Source: Bacillota bacterium (GTDB lineage: Bacteria > Bacillota > DTU025). Taken from it: a DNA stretch of 64,000 nucleotides. Below, one piece after another: positions 37,636 to 47,613 of this stretch; position 1 is the stretch's first letter; every line of letters starts with the position of its first letter. Below the pieces are notes generated by a model, which did no database searches, had not been told where the DNA came from, and saw only the letters and a program-made list of their open reading frames with translations. The DNA is taken from positions 1-64,000 of the forward strand of contig JBMNJT010000008.1 of assembly GCA_050951805.1 (NCBI GenBank). The letters are read 5' to 3'. The translations under genes were made by a program, and so were the position numbers.

Positions 37636-38757
37636 GTGAAGGGCATGCAATCACGAAGAGACCAGTTGACGGCGGCCCTCATTATCCTGCCGTCTATAGT
37701 GCTCTTGGCAGTATTTGTGTACGGATTCATAGCTCAGACTGTGCGCGTGTCGATGACGGATTGGGGCCAGGAAGCGGCGATGTCGCTGGATCCTGAGATC
37801 CATCACGTGGGACTGGCGAACTATCGCGAGCTGTTCGGGGGCTTTTTGAACATGCGGTTCAGGCAGGACATTACAAACATGTTCTTCTTCACATTGCTCT
37901 TCGTTAGCCTGTCCTTGCTTGTGGGATTGCTTTTGGCTACGCTTATCGATCAGCTCATCTGGGGTGAGGCGTTCTTCCGAACGGTTTTCCTGTACCCGAT
38001 GTCATTGTCGCTGGTGGTTACGGGGACGATCTGGCGCTGGCTGCTCCAGCCGAGAGGGGGCATAAATGTGTTGCCTACCTTGATCGGATTGCCCGCAGGC
38101 GACTTTCTATGGCTTTCCAGCCGCGAGCAGATCCTTATCTTCGATTGGTCCCACATTTTCCACTACATCTGCATAGCGGCCGCGGTTGTTCTGGCGGTAT
38201 TCGCTTACGGGCACTGGCGCCGTGGAGAACGAAAAGAGCTCCGCGCGAAGTCCATCATATGTGCCGTGCTCATCGGGATTTCGGCAAGCGGGATTCTGAC
38301 CCGGGTCAAGCTCCTGGATTATCCCGAGGCACACGGTTTCAACAGGGCGCTTTGGGGTGTTATCGTCGCTGCTGTATGGCAGATGTCAGGCTATACAATG
38401 GCGTTGTATCTTGCCGGGCTCCGCACTATACCTGACGAGCTTCGCGAAGCGGCCCGGGTTGACGGAGCAAGCAAGTTCCAGATTTACAGGCACGTGGATT
38501 TGCCGCTGCTCAAGCCGATCACCGTAAGCGCCATAGTCATTCTAGGACACATAGCTCTGAAGATTTTCGATTTGATCTTCTCCATGGCAGGCCCCGATCA
38601 TGTGCCGACGTCTGTGCCTGCGATAACCATGTTCCTTAAGACTTTCCGCGGGAACGAGCTTGCTGTCGGTTCCGCTATCGGAGTGATCCTGTTGATTCTC
38701 GTTTCCTTGCTGATCATTCCTTATCTGGTCAATTCATTCAAGACGGGAAAGGAGTGA
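37636..38757 (+). CDS. Sugar ABC permease
   Basis: ELREAARVDGAS EAA loop, FLYPMSLS, multiple TM helices. Confidence 0.93.
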   Translation: MKGMQSRRDQLTAALIILPSIVLLAVFVYGFIAQTVRVSMTDWGQEAAMSLDPEIHHVGLANYRELFGGFLNMRFRQDITNMFFFTLLFVSLSLLVGLLLATLIDQLIWGEAFFRTVFLYPMSLSLVVTGTIWRWLLQPRGGINVLPTLIGLPAGDFLWLSSREQILIFDWSHIFHYICIAAAVVLAVFAYGHWRRGERKELRAKSIICAVLIGISASGILTRVKLLDYPEAHGFNRALWGVIVAAVWQMSGYTMALYLAGLRTIPDELREAARVDGASKFQIYRHVDLPLLKPITVSAIVILGHIALKIFDLIFSMAGPDHVPTSVPAITMFLKTFRGNELAVGSAIGVILLILVSLLIIPYLVNSFKTGKE

Positions 38758-38763
38758 TAAGCG

Positions 38764-39585
38764 ATGAAACCCAAGGGAGCGTCGAAAATACTAGTGCAGG
38801 TTCTCGCGGTTCTTCTGGCGATTGCTTATCTGATCCCCGTCTACATGACGGTAGTCACAAGCCTGAAAGCGCCTGAGGAGATAAACTTGATGACTGCATG
38901 GGAGCTCCCGTCGAAGCCCAACTGGGAGAGCTACTCCACAGCATTTAAGCAGTTCGCCCCTTATCTCAAAAACAGTTTCATCCTCGCCATTTCTGCAACG
39001 CTGATTTCAGCTGTCATGGGTTCTCTCAACGGTTATGTGCTATGCAAGTATCCGATTCCGGGGACCAATATCATAATGCCGCTGATAGTGTTCGGCATGT
39101 TCATTCCTTATCAGAGCATACTTGTGCCCCTCTTTCAGTTCATGCAGAAGACGAAACTGTACGGGGGGCTACCAGGCTTGATACTAGTGCATGTAGTCTA
39201 TGGTCTTCCCATTACTACCCTGCTTTTTAGGAGCTTCTACGAAGAGATCCCTGACGAACTGCTGGGCGCAGCCAGCATAGATGGGGCGGACTTCTTCGGG
39301 ATCTTCAGATACTTGATAATGCCGCTCTCTGGCCCGCCGTTTCTCGTCGTTTGCATCTGGCAGTTTACGCAGATATGGAACGAGTTTCTATTCGCTGTGA
39401 CCTTGGCGCGCCCGGATGCACAGCCCATAACGGTGGCTCTGGCGAATCTAGCTGGCGGTCAGGCTGTGTCGTGGAACCTGCCTATGGCTGGATCGATCCT
39501 TGCTGCGCTTCCAACGGTGCTCATCTATGTTCTGCTCGGCCGATATTTCGTCCGAGGATTGCTTGCGGGAGCCTTGAAGGGATGA
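38764..39585 (+). CDS. Sugar ABC permease
   Basis: EIPDELLGAASIDGA, WQFTQIWNEFLF. Confidence 0.93.
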   Translation: MKPKGASKILVQVLAVLLAIAYLIPVYMTVVTSLKAPEEINLMTAWELPSKPNWESYSTAFKQFAPYLKNSFILAISATLISAVMGSLNGYVLCKYPIPGTNIIMPLIVFGMFIPYQSILVPLFQFMQKTKLYGGLPGLILVHVVYGLPITTLLFRSFYEEIPDELLGAASIDGADFFGIFRYLIMPLSGPPFLVVCIWQFTQIWNEFLFAVTLARPDAQPITVALANLAGGQAVSWNLPMAGSILAALPTVLIYVLLGRYFVRGLLAGALKG

Positions 39586-40769
39586 GCGAGATGACGGAGT
39601 GCATGGGGGATGAGGTCGTGGGTGGTGAAATAAAGGTCAAACTTGCTCGAGCCAGGAAGTACATGTGTGAACGCGGACTCGATGTGATGATTTTGCGGCG
39701 CTTCGACAATTTCGCGTGGATAACCGCTGGGGGAGACAACAGGTGTGCGGGAGCAACGGACATCGGGGTAGCGTCTGTCCTCATCACCCATGACGACCAA
39801 TGGGTGTTGACGTCGAACGTTGAAACAAGGCGATTTTGCGAGGAAGCGCTCGCCCATATTTGGGCAGAAGGCATTTTCCGCATGCGTGAGCATCCGTGGT
39901 ACGGCGAGGCGGAAGCCCTAGGTGAGGCCGCAAAGGGCTTTGTAGATGGGACCAGTCTGCTCAGTTACGGTGGCCGTGTCGGGGCGGATGTTCCTCTTGC
40001 CGGCGCCGAGTTTGTAGGCCCTGAGCTCGTGCAGCTGCGTTATCCTTTTACAAAAGGCGAAGCCGATAGGTACGTGAAGGTGGCGCATGGTGTGGCAGAA
40101 GTGGTGGAGCGGGCGGCCAGGGAGGTGCGCAGGGGCCAAACAGAGCGCGAAATAGCAGGCCGAGTGGCGTCGGATCTTTTCGCTTTCGGCTATTTCCCCA
40201 CTGTGTTGCTTGTGGGCGCAGATTGGCGTGTGGAGCGGTACAGGCACCCTCTTCCCACAATGAACCTTGTAGACAAGTATTGTATGATAATCGTTTGCGC
40301 CCATTGTGGCGGCCTGACTGTCGCCCTCACTAGGTCGGTCCATATCGGCGAACCCAGCCCCAAGCTCCGAAGGCGGCACGAGGCTGCGGCAGATGTGTGT
40401 GCTGCTATGAATGCCCGTACGCGGGCAGGCACACGATGGGCGGATGTGATGGAGGCCATGAAGGAGGAATATCGGGCTCAAGGTTTTGAAGATGAGTGGA
40501 AGCGCCATCATCAAGGAGGGCCCATCGGCTATCAGGACAGGGAGTTTTTTGCTATGCCCCAAGAAGTCGGGGGCCCTGATCGTGGCGTAATAATGCCGCT
40601 GCAGGCAGTGGCGTGGAACCCTTCTGTCCCCGGGGCTAAATCGGAGGATTCGTTCCTTGTGATGGAGGACGAGACCAGGGTGGTTACTGTTGGTGAGGGT
40701 TGGTGGCCGATGATTGAGGTGAAAATCGACGGGGTGACGTTGCAGAGGCCTGATATACTCGTGATCTAG
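39582..40769 (+). CDS. M24 (pita-bread fold) peptidase-like protein with non-canonical active site
   Basis: NFAWITAGG, YRHP, LTR, HHQGG.IGY..RE, AWNPS..GAKSED; ATGA overlap with permease. Confidence 0.85.
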   Translation: MSEMTECMGDEVVGGEIKVKLARARKYMCERGLDVMILRRFDNFAWITAGGDNRCAGATDIGVASVLITHDDQWVLTSNVETRRFCEEALAHIWAEGIFRMREHPWYGEAEALGEAAKGFVDGTSLLSYGGRVGADVPLAGAEFVGPELVQLRYPFTKGEADRYVKVAHGVAEVVERAAREVRRGQTEREIAGRVASDLFAFGYFPTVLLVGADWRVERYRHPLPTMNLVDKYCMIIVCAHCGGLTVALTRSVHIGEPSPKLRRRHEAAADVCAAMNARTRAGTRWADVMEAMKEEYRAQGFEDEWKRHHQGGPIGYQDREFFAMPQEVGGPDRGVIMPLQAVAWNPSVPGAKSEDSFLVMEDETRVVTVGEGWWPMIEVKIDGVTLQRPDILVI

Positions 40770-40842
40770 GCATAAGGAGTTCAAGCAGAGTGCGCGGATT
40801 GCGGGGGCCGTGTTCCCATACCGTTGACGCATTCCTCCACGT

Positions 40843-42114
40843 TCAGCTGCTTTCCCCCATGAGGTTTGCAACGCTCCCAACCGCCAACATCTCTTCAAAC
40901 ACCAGCGCTGCTGCCCCCACTGAGCTTGCTTCCTCGCCCTGGGCCGAGGGGAGTATGGGGGGCAAGTTGACCATGGCAGTGAATGCGCGTTTTTGTACAG
41001 TGGCCCTAACTTCATCGAAGAGAATGTCTCCTGCCCGGGCGACTCCTCCTCCGATGATGACTATGTCGGGGCTCAGCAGGTTGACGGCGTTAGCTATTCC
41101 GATCCCCAAATACCTGCCCGCCTCCTGAATGAGTCTCGTCGCCAACAGGTCGCCTTGTGCGGCGGCTTGGGAGACGACCTCGGCGGTTATGGCCTCTATC
41201 TTGCCGTCTACGATGTCGCGTATGAGCGTGCTCGACCCGGTAGAAACAGCCCTGATGGCTGCGGCTGCAATGGCGGGTCCGGCGGCCATCGCCTCAAGGC
41301 AGCCGTGGTTGCCGCACGGGCAGACTGGCCCGTTGGGGTCGATGGTCATGTGCCCCAGCTCGCCTGCGCCCCCTTGCTTGCCCCGGTGGATCTCGCCGTT
41401 CATGATGATGCCGGCGCCGATGCCTCTTCCAACGTTTATGCAGAGGATGTTGTCGTGTCCCCGGCCTGCTCCGAACATGGCCTCGCCGATGGCCATCGCG
41501 CGCGCGTCATTCTCCACCCAACACGGGATGGCGAATTCATCTTCAAAGACCTTGACGATGGGAATATCGCTCCAGCCGGGGATGTTGGGCGCAAATACGC
41601 TAATACCGCGCTCAGCATCTATCAGGCCCGGGACAGACAGCCCCAGTCCTGCAATCCTGTCGCGCACATCTTTAACTTGCTCCAATGTTTTATGCGTTGC
41701 TTCAAAGAGGCTGGCCATGATCGAGTCCACACCCTGATGGGCGTCGAGCTCTAGACGCGTCTTGGACACAATATTGCCCTCAAGATCGGTAACGACTGAG
41801 ATTATCTTACTCACTCCGAGATCCACCCCGGCTAGGTAGAATGCCTTGGGGTTGAACTCTACCATCACGGGAGGACGTCCCCCGGTGGACTCGCCATACC
41901 CTGTTTCCTTGGCTATTCCTGCGGTTATGAGAAGGGACACTATGCTTGAAACTGTGGCTGGGGTGAGCTCGGTGATGCGAGCAATGTCGGCGCGGGAGAC
42001 CGACGGGTTTTCTCTGAGAACTTTTAGGACTGCAAGGAGGTTAATGCTCTTAAGTATCCGCGTATCGCTGGCTTTGACGCCGCTAAAGCACGAACTGTAG
42101 CCGGATTGTCCCAT
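40843..42114 (-). CDS. ROK-family transcriptional repressor (XylR/NagC-like)
   Basis: HTH SRADIARITELTPATVS, GGRPP, ENDA, GIGAG, GELGH, CPCGNHGCLE. Confidence 0.95.
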   Translation of the reverse strand: MGQSGYSSCFSGVKASDTRILKSINLLAVLKVLRENPSVSRADIARITELTPATVSSIVSLLITAGIAKETGYGESTGGRPPVMVEFNPKAFYLAGVDLGVSKIISVVTDLEGNIVSKTRLELDAHQGVDSIMASLFEATHKTLEQVKDVRDRIAGLGLSVPGLIDAERGISVFAPNIPGWSDIPIVKVFEDEFAIPCWVENDARAMAIGEAMFGAGRGHDNILCINVGRGIGAGIIMNGEIHRGKQGGAGELGHMTIDPNGPVCPCGNHGCLEAMAAGPAIAAAAIRAVSTGSSTLIRDIVDGKIEAITAEVVSQAAAQGDLLATRLIQEAGRYLGIGIANAVNLLSPDIVIIGGGVARAGDILFDEVRATVQKRAFTAMVNLPPILPSAQGEEASSVGAAALVFEEMLAVGSVANLMGESS

Positions 42115-42307
42115 AGCCCATCGTCCACCTTTACTCTTGTGCTCTGAATCATGCTAAAATCTTTGCGTGTTAAACAATGGTAGGCGTAAAAACCAGACCC
42201 GAAATTCTCCAAGCAATAGTATAACACAGATGATGACGAGGAGAAGCGGGTTTTGCCGAGCTCTTACTCAGGGTGCTATTCTCCGCGTTTTGGGACAATC
42301 CTTCAAA

Positions 42308-42330
42308 CTTTGTTTAGAATGCGAACATAT
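42308..42330. promoter_or_regulatory. Putative ROK-family operator in the ROK/deoC divergent region
   Basis: CTTTGTTT-N7-GAACATAT imperfect palindrome; shares CTTTGTTTAGAA with 33691. Confidence 0.5.
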
Positions 42331-42478
42331 GGCCCGACATTAAGGATAAGCTGCGCGACTTTGTCTTCACACGCGTACAGGTCGTGTGGGGCCACGCTGT
42401 CTATCAACCGGGGCGCAGGGATGTCAAACTTGAGGGAGAATAGTAGCAGAAGGTGAAACTGATCGGGATCGACTGTGC

Positions 42479-43273
42479 ATGGAGGTGCAACAGATGGATA
42501 TTGACGGACTCATCAAGAAAGTCTCTTCCGAAGTGAGCAGTGCGGGAGAAGGCTTCAAGCGGGCTAGGGGGCGCGTCGAGGCGGTCAGGGCTAAGGTGAC
42601 GGGGCGGCCGCAAGGAGTTGACGCGAAGCTTGCGTCCATGATCGACCATACTCTGCTCAAACCTGATGCCACATGGGATCAGGTAGTAACGCTGTGTGAA
42701 GAAGCCGCCTTATACGGGTTTGCGTCTGTTTGTGTAAACCCGTGTTACTGCGGTTTTGCATACGAACTTCTGGAAGGGACCGATGTAGCCGTATGCACGG
42801 TCATCGGTTTTCCCTTAGGTGCCGCTACATCCATGGTCAAGGCGGTAGAAGTCAGGGACGCCATCGCGAGTGGCGCATCAGAGGTTGACATGGTCATGAA
42901 TATCGGCGCTCTCCGTGGTGGCGAACTCGACTGTGTTTTGCGGGATATCGAATCGGTGGTGGACGCGGCAGGAGGCCGCGCTCTTGTGAAAGTGATAATC
43001 GAGACGGGCCTTTTGACTGATGAAGAGAAGGTCAGGGCATGCCTCATCGCAAAGCGCGCAGGGGCTGATTTCGTCAAGACATCCACTGGGTTCGGGCATG
43101 GCGGAGCGACTGTGGAAGATGTGGCCCTGATGAGGCGGACTGTGGGACAGAGCATGGGGGTTAAGGCATCCGGAGGGATTCGTGATGCCGCTACTGCCCG
43201 GGCCATGATTGCCGCGGGCGCCAACAGGATAGGTGCGAGTGCTGGAGTGAAGATAGTCACTGAGAATGCGTAG
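42479..43273 (+). CDS. deoC: Deoxyribose-phosphate aldolase
   Basis: [42 protein letters not shown]; start may be ATG 42494. Confidence 0.96.
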   Translation: MEVQQMDIDGLIKKVSSEVSSAGEGFKRARGRVEAVRAKVTGRPQGVDAKLASMIDHTLLKPDATWDQVVTLCEEAALYGFASVCVNPCYCGFAYELLEGTDVAVCTVIGFPLGAATSMVKAVEVRDAIASGASEVDMVMNIGALRGGELDCVLRDIESVVDAAGGRALVKVIIETGLLTDEEKVRACLIAKRAGADFVKTSTGFGHGGATVEDVALMRRTVGQSMGVKASGGIRDAATARAMIAAGANRIGASAGVKIVTENA

Positions 43274-43405
43274 CCTGGATAGAGCTCCGGCTTGGAAAAG
43301 AGGCTGTCAACGAGGCGGCGCGACGCTCTGCGACTTGAGGATGTTGCCGTTCTCTCTGCGCTGACATGGATCTGCCAAAGCAAGAGAGTTTTTGCATTCG
43401 GAGGT

Positions 43406-43437
43406 GTTACGGGCGGCGCTTTGGCGCCGCCCGTAAC
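43406..43437. terminator. Perfect hairpin between convergent deoC and lplA
   Basis: GTTACGGGCGGCGC-TTTG-GCGCCGCCCGTAAC, 14-bp perfect stem. Confidence 0.7.
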
Positions 43438-43470
43438 TGTGTGCAGGGGAAGGCAAGCTGAAGTCGATCA

Positions 43471-44466
43471 TCAGACTGCTTTGGTGCCTGTGGTCAGCTT
43501 CAGAAACTCGTCGAGGCCGAGACCTTCCAGGTAATTTGCGACATTGAGGTCTTGGTATGCCTTGCTAAGGGTTTCTTTAGAGCATTCGATCCCCGTCAGC
43601 CCCGACTCGAGGTCATGTATGTCTCTTGCGGTAAAGAAATCTCCGTGAATCCTGCAAGATCGGATTATCCCTTCATCAACCCAAAGGTATACGGCTACCT
43701 CCCCACAGCCAAATCTTCCTCTGTTGCTTACGTTGTAGGCGGGCGATCTCCCGAAGTTCCACTCCCATTTGGCATATTTTGCCGACACGAGCTCGTTTAT
43801 CTCCTCTAGCTCCGCCTCTGTCAGGACTCGCGTTCGAACAGGGGCGCCCTGGAACAACTGGAGCAGAAGGGATTTCTGAAACTCCTCGATCGAAAGGGGA
43901 ACGGGCATGTAATCTATGAGATTTGTTACTCTGCTTTTGACTGACTTGACGCCTTTAGAGGCGATCTTGTCTGCTTTGACGTTGAGGGCTGCCTGCACGT
44001 TATCCAGGTCTGAGCTGTATAGGATTGTTCCGTGGTGGAGCACTCTGTCGTGGTAGATATACTGGGCGTTCCCGGAGAACTTCCGTCCGTCAATGGTCAG
44101 ATCGTTTCTCCCGCTTACTTCCACATCCAGGCCGACTCCCTGAAGGGCCTGGGCTATCCTGCGGGCAAACAGTTTCATGTCTATTCCCTCTGAGGTCTTG
44201 CGCTCGATGAAACTGAAGTTGAGGTTGCCCAGATCGTGGTAGACCGCTCCGCCGCCAGTCATTCGCCTCACTACGTGCACTCCGTGCTCCTCTACGTAGT
44301 CGGCATTGATTTCATCGGGCGTGTTCTGAAAGCGGCCTACGACAACTGTAGGGGCATTGCGCCAGAGGAGAAGGTAGGGATCATCCATATCGAGGTTTTT
44401 CAGTACGTATTCTTCAAATGCCAGGTTGAATCGGGGATCATTCGAATCGTTTGGTATGTAGAGCAT
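43471..44466 (-). CDS. lplA: Lipoate-protein ligase A
   Basis: NLAFEEY, RRMTGGGAVYHDLGNLN, GRND..KFSGNAQ, HHGT, KSVKSRVTN; ATG 44466 with AGGAGG RBS. Confidence 0.95.
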   Translation of the reverse strand: MLYIPNDSNDPRFNLAFEEYVLKNLDMDDPYLLLWRNAPTVVVGRFQNTPDEINADYVEEHGVHVVRRMTGGGAVYHDLGNLNFSFIERKTSEGIDMKLFARRIAQALQGVGLDVEVSGRNDLTIDGRKFSGNAQYIYHDRVLHHGTILYSSDLDNVQAALNVKADKIASKGVKSVKSRVTNLIDYMPVPLSIEEFQKSLLLQLFQGAPVRTRVLTEAELEEINELVSAKYAKWEWNFGRSPAYNVSNRGRFGCGEVAVYLWVDEGIIRSCRIHGDFFTARDIHDLESGLTGIECSKETLSKAYQDLNVANYLEGLGLDEFLKLTTGTKAV

Positions 44467-45013
44467 AGCTATCCTCCTAAGCAGCTTGCCTGTCTGCCGA
44501 CCGCTCGACTGTGTTTGTTCGCCTACGAGCTTGGCACGTGATTTTGGCGCAGTATATGCTGCCGAGAGCGCAGGACGCGAAACGTAGGGTGCGGAGCGCG
44601 ACGCGTGCAGGCCTCGGCGTTGCAAGTCTAATGATACTATGGACTTCGGAAAGTGCCAATCTCAGGTCTGCGGAAGGTTGGCGTGAGGCTTTTGTTGAGG
44701 CGCACGCGCGAATGAGGGGGCCAAAGATACTGATTACTCGAATACCACGAGCATTTCGCAGACCGCATAGGCTCGAGTCAGAGTGCGGGACAAAATGCCT
44801 CTTTAGCAGCTATGGTTACAAGTCTACCCAGATCGGAAATTGGGATCATACCATATAGATTCAATAGCGAAGATTTCATGGGACAAGTGTTCCATACCGG
44901 ATATGCTCGAGCTCAGGCTAGAGCGGAGTTAGGGAGTCGTGCCGGGCCCGATTCAAGCCTAAGAAGGCCTGAAATCGGCGCCCGGCCGGGGTCGTATGCG
45001 TTGTGGAATCCGT

Positions 45014-45589
45014 CTACATAGTAGCCAGTTTCTGATCGAGCAGATCGGATAGGGCCTTCAACATCTTTGGCCCGTCTGCCATGAGGCGTTTGCGCGCCTC
45101 TTTGGGGATCTCGATCTCCTGAATCATCTTCATTGCCTTGCTGCGTTGTGCGGGGGAGAGTATCTTTACAGCTTCCTTCTGAGCATCTGAAAGCGCTTTG
45201 CCTATGGCAGCCTTTTCGTCTGCGATCTCGCTTTCGGCTCCGTGAACCGCGTCCCCCGCAGGACCTGCCAGCAGTTCGTTCTTCTCGATTTCCAGCTGTT
45301 TGACGATTGCATCTATGCCCTTGGTAACCTCGTCGTCTAGGTTGTGGGCGAGTTTGGCCAAGGACTTCACCTGTTCCTTTGAAAGGCCTAGATCATCCAC
45401 GGCCTTGAGGATCTTGACTTCCGCAACGAGTTTCGCTGCAGGTGCCTGGAGTGACCCGGAGCCTTCGATTGTCAGTCCCTCCGCTTCAGCGTCTGCAGTC
45501 TTGGGCGGAGTGGTTTTTGCGTACGCTAGTGCGCCTGCTGTGAGCAATAGCCCGGCCAGGACGGTGGCGAGGAGTGGTTTGGTTTTCAT
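45014..45589 (-). CDS. Secreted helical hypothetical protein (Spy/CpxP-like features)
   Basis: Signal peptide AYA; LGLSKEQ and ILSPAQR resemble LTxxQ motifs; GGAGG RBS. Confidence 0.65.
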   Translation of the reverse strand: MKTKPLLATVLAGLLLTAGALAYAKTTPPKTADAEAEGLTIEGSGSLQAPAAKLVAEVKILKAVDDLGLSKEQVKSLAKLAHNLDDEVTKGIDAIVKQLEIEKNELLAGPAGDAVHGAESEIADEKAAIGKALSDAQKEAVKILSPAQRSKAMKMIQEIEIPKEARKRLMADGPKMLKALSDLLDQKLATM

Positions 45590-45949
45590 GGTGCAACCTC
45601 CCTGAGAAAGTAGTATCGTCAGTAATGATAAACGAAAGATGGGCGGCATAGTTCAGGGGAATGCATGGGTTGCGATGCTCTTCAGTCCAACTCGGGCAGG
45701 GCTTGGAAAGACAGGGACGGTCAGGGCCGATAAGACTTTCCGCGGGCGCCTGTTGTGGGGGACGGCTTGGAAGTTGCCTGGTGCAAGTGATGAGGGGAAT
45801 AGCAGGCAAAGAACGGGTCCGCGAAGTTTATGAGTTCCTGTTGAGAAGGAACCTTGCGAAACGTGTTGAAGCGCCTAAAGGTGGGAATGGGGCCAGTGTC
45901 AGACTGCGGCATCCACTGCCGCACAAATCGGTTGCATGGGGGCAGGGTT

Positions 45950-46885
45950 ATGAAAAACTTATGGATTGTCAAGGATGAAGTAACAGATGCGCTCAATCAG
46001 GAGAGGCCTGTGTTGGCTTTCGAGTCGACTGTTCTGACTCATGGGCTTCCTTATCCTGTGAGCAGGGACTTGGCCTTGCGGGTGGAGTCGATTGCCCGCG
46101 AGGAGGGGTGTGTTCCTGCAACTATGGGCATTATAGACGGCGTTGTGCATGTTGGAATGACACCGGAAGAGATAGACCGCCTGGCGGCTGACGGTGCTGC
46201 CTCTAGGGCTGTCAAGGCATCTGGACACGACATAGCATTTGTCGTTGCTTCTAGGATGTCTGCAGGGGTCACCGTCTCCGGCACGCTTGCCATCGCCGAG
46301 CGCGCCGGGGTACGAGTGTTCGCAACTGGCGGAATTGGAGGCGTCCATCGGGGCGCGTCCGAGACCTTCGACATTTCCCACGATCTTGTCAGCATTGCCC
46401 GTTCGCCCGTGGTTACTGTGTGCGCAGGCGCGAAGGCGATACTTGATCTGCCCAAAACCATGGAATACCTGGAGACTGTGGGAGTGTGCGTGCTGGGATA
46501 CAGAACTGATAGACTTCCGGCGTTCTACTCTGCCGATTCTGGGATTCCGCTCTCTTGGCGAGTCGAGTCCGCCGACGAAGTTGCGGATGCTTTTTGGGCT
46601 AGAGAGGAATTGGGAATCCATGGCGGGCTCTTGGTGGCAGCTCCTATTCCGGCGGAGAAGGAGCTTTCCTCCGAAGAGATCGATGCGGCTATTGAAGATG
46701 CCGTGGCGCTCGCCGATGAGCGGGGTGTGCGTGGGAAGGCCCTTACGCCTTATCTTCTTGCCCGGCTTGCGGAGACGACCGGGGGAAGGTCGGTCGAGGC
46801 AAACCTGGGATTGCTCGAGAACAATGCCCGGGTTGGAGCGGAGATAGCCAGGGCTATATCGTGCAAGCTTTGCGAGCGGGGATAG
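45950..46885 (+). CDS. psuG: Pseudouridine-5'-phosphate glycosidase
   Basis: ESTVLTHGLPYP, ATGGIGGVHRG, DISHDL, GAKAILD, GKALTPYLL. Confidence 0.95.
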   Translation: MKNLWIVKDEVTDALNQERPVLAFESTVLTHGLPYPVSRDLALRVESIAREEGCVPATMGIIDGVVHVGMTPEEIDRLAADGAASRAVKASGHDIAFVVASRMSAGVTVSGTLAIAERAGVRVFATGGIGGVHRGASETFDISHDLVSIARSPVVTVCAGAKAILDLPKTMEYLETVGVCVLGYRTDRLPAFYSADSGIPLSWRVESADEVADAFWAREELGIHGGLLVAAPIPAEKELSSEEIDAAIEDAVALADERGVRGKALTPYLLARLAETTGGRSVEANLGLLENNARVGAEIARAISCKLCERG

Positions 46886-47010
46886 CTTGCGGCACTTCGA
46901 CTCCAAGAAGTGGGACATTGCAGGCGGGCCGAGGCCCTGTTGTGTGGGAAGTGTGTGCCGTGAACCCGGCACGTTTGGCCTGCACGAGACTATTTGCGGG
47001 AGGAGATAAA

Positions 47011-47502
47011 ATGGAAGCTATAGATGCAATCCGGGGAAGGCGAAGCGTGCGCAAGTATCGGCCTGATCCTGTGCCCCGAGAGATCATAGAGGAGATTGTG
47101 GATTGCGGCAGGTTGGCGCCGAGTGCCCGGAATGATCAGCCATGGGAATTCGTTGTAGTGACTGAGCAGTCGATCAGGGAAGAGATAGCAGCTGTAGCTA
47201 CATACGGGAAGTTCATAGCCGATGCCCCTGTATGTCTTGTGGCATTTTCTCGCCAGACTCCGCGCTTTGTGGAGGATACGTGCGCGGCCTTTCAGAACAT
47301 GCTGGTTGCCGCCTACGCCCATGGTTTGGGCACGTGCTGGATTGCGGGGCACAACACGCCGTATGAGAAGGAGATAGCGCGCATATGCAAGGCCCCTGGA
47401 GACTACCGTCTGGTGGCGCTCTCTCCCCTTGGCTACCCGGATGAGGAATGCACGGTTCACAAGCGCGAGCTTCAAGAGGTGCTGCACTGGGAGAGCTTCT
47501 AG
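47011..47502 (+). CDS. Nitroreductase-family flavoprotein
   Basis: RRSVRKY, APSARNDQPWEFVVV, GLGTCW, LGYP. Confidence 0.93.
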   Translation: MEAIDAIRGRRSVRKYRPDPVPREIIEEIVDCGRLAPSARNDQPWEFVVVTEQSIREEIAAVATYGKFIADAPVCLVAFSRQTPRFVEDTCAAFQNMLVAAYAHGLGTCWIAGHNTPYEKEIARICKAPGDYRLVALSPLGYPDEECTVHKRELQEVLHWESF

Positions 47503-47613
47503 GGGGATCTAGATTAGCCTCTTTTGGCCCGTTCCATAGTTGTCCAGGAGCAATTCATCGACTGTCCTTTGCGGGGCGGACGCGAAGTTGGAGGTTGAGC
47601 GGAAATATCGGCA

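Noticed and set aside
39918-46972. Long antisense ORFs (39918-41015, 40993-41754, 42745-43383, 45959-46972)
   Set aside because: Shadow frames of well-supported genes in GC-rich DNA, with no motifs
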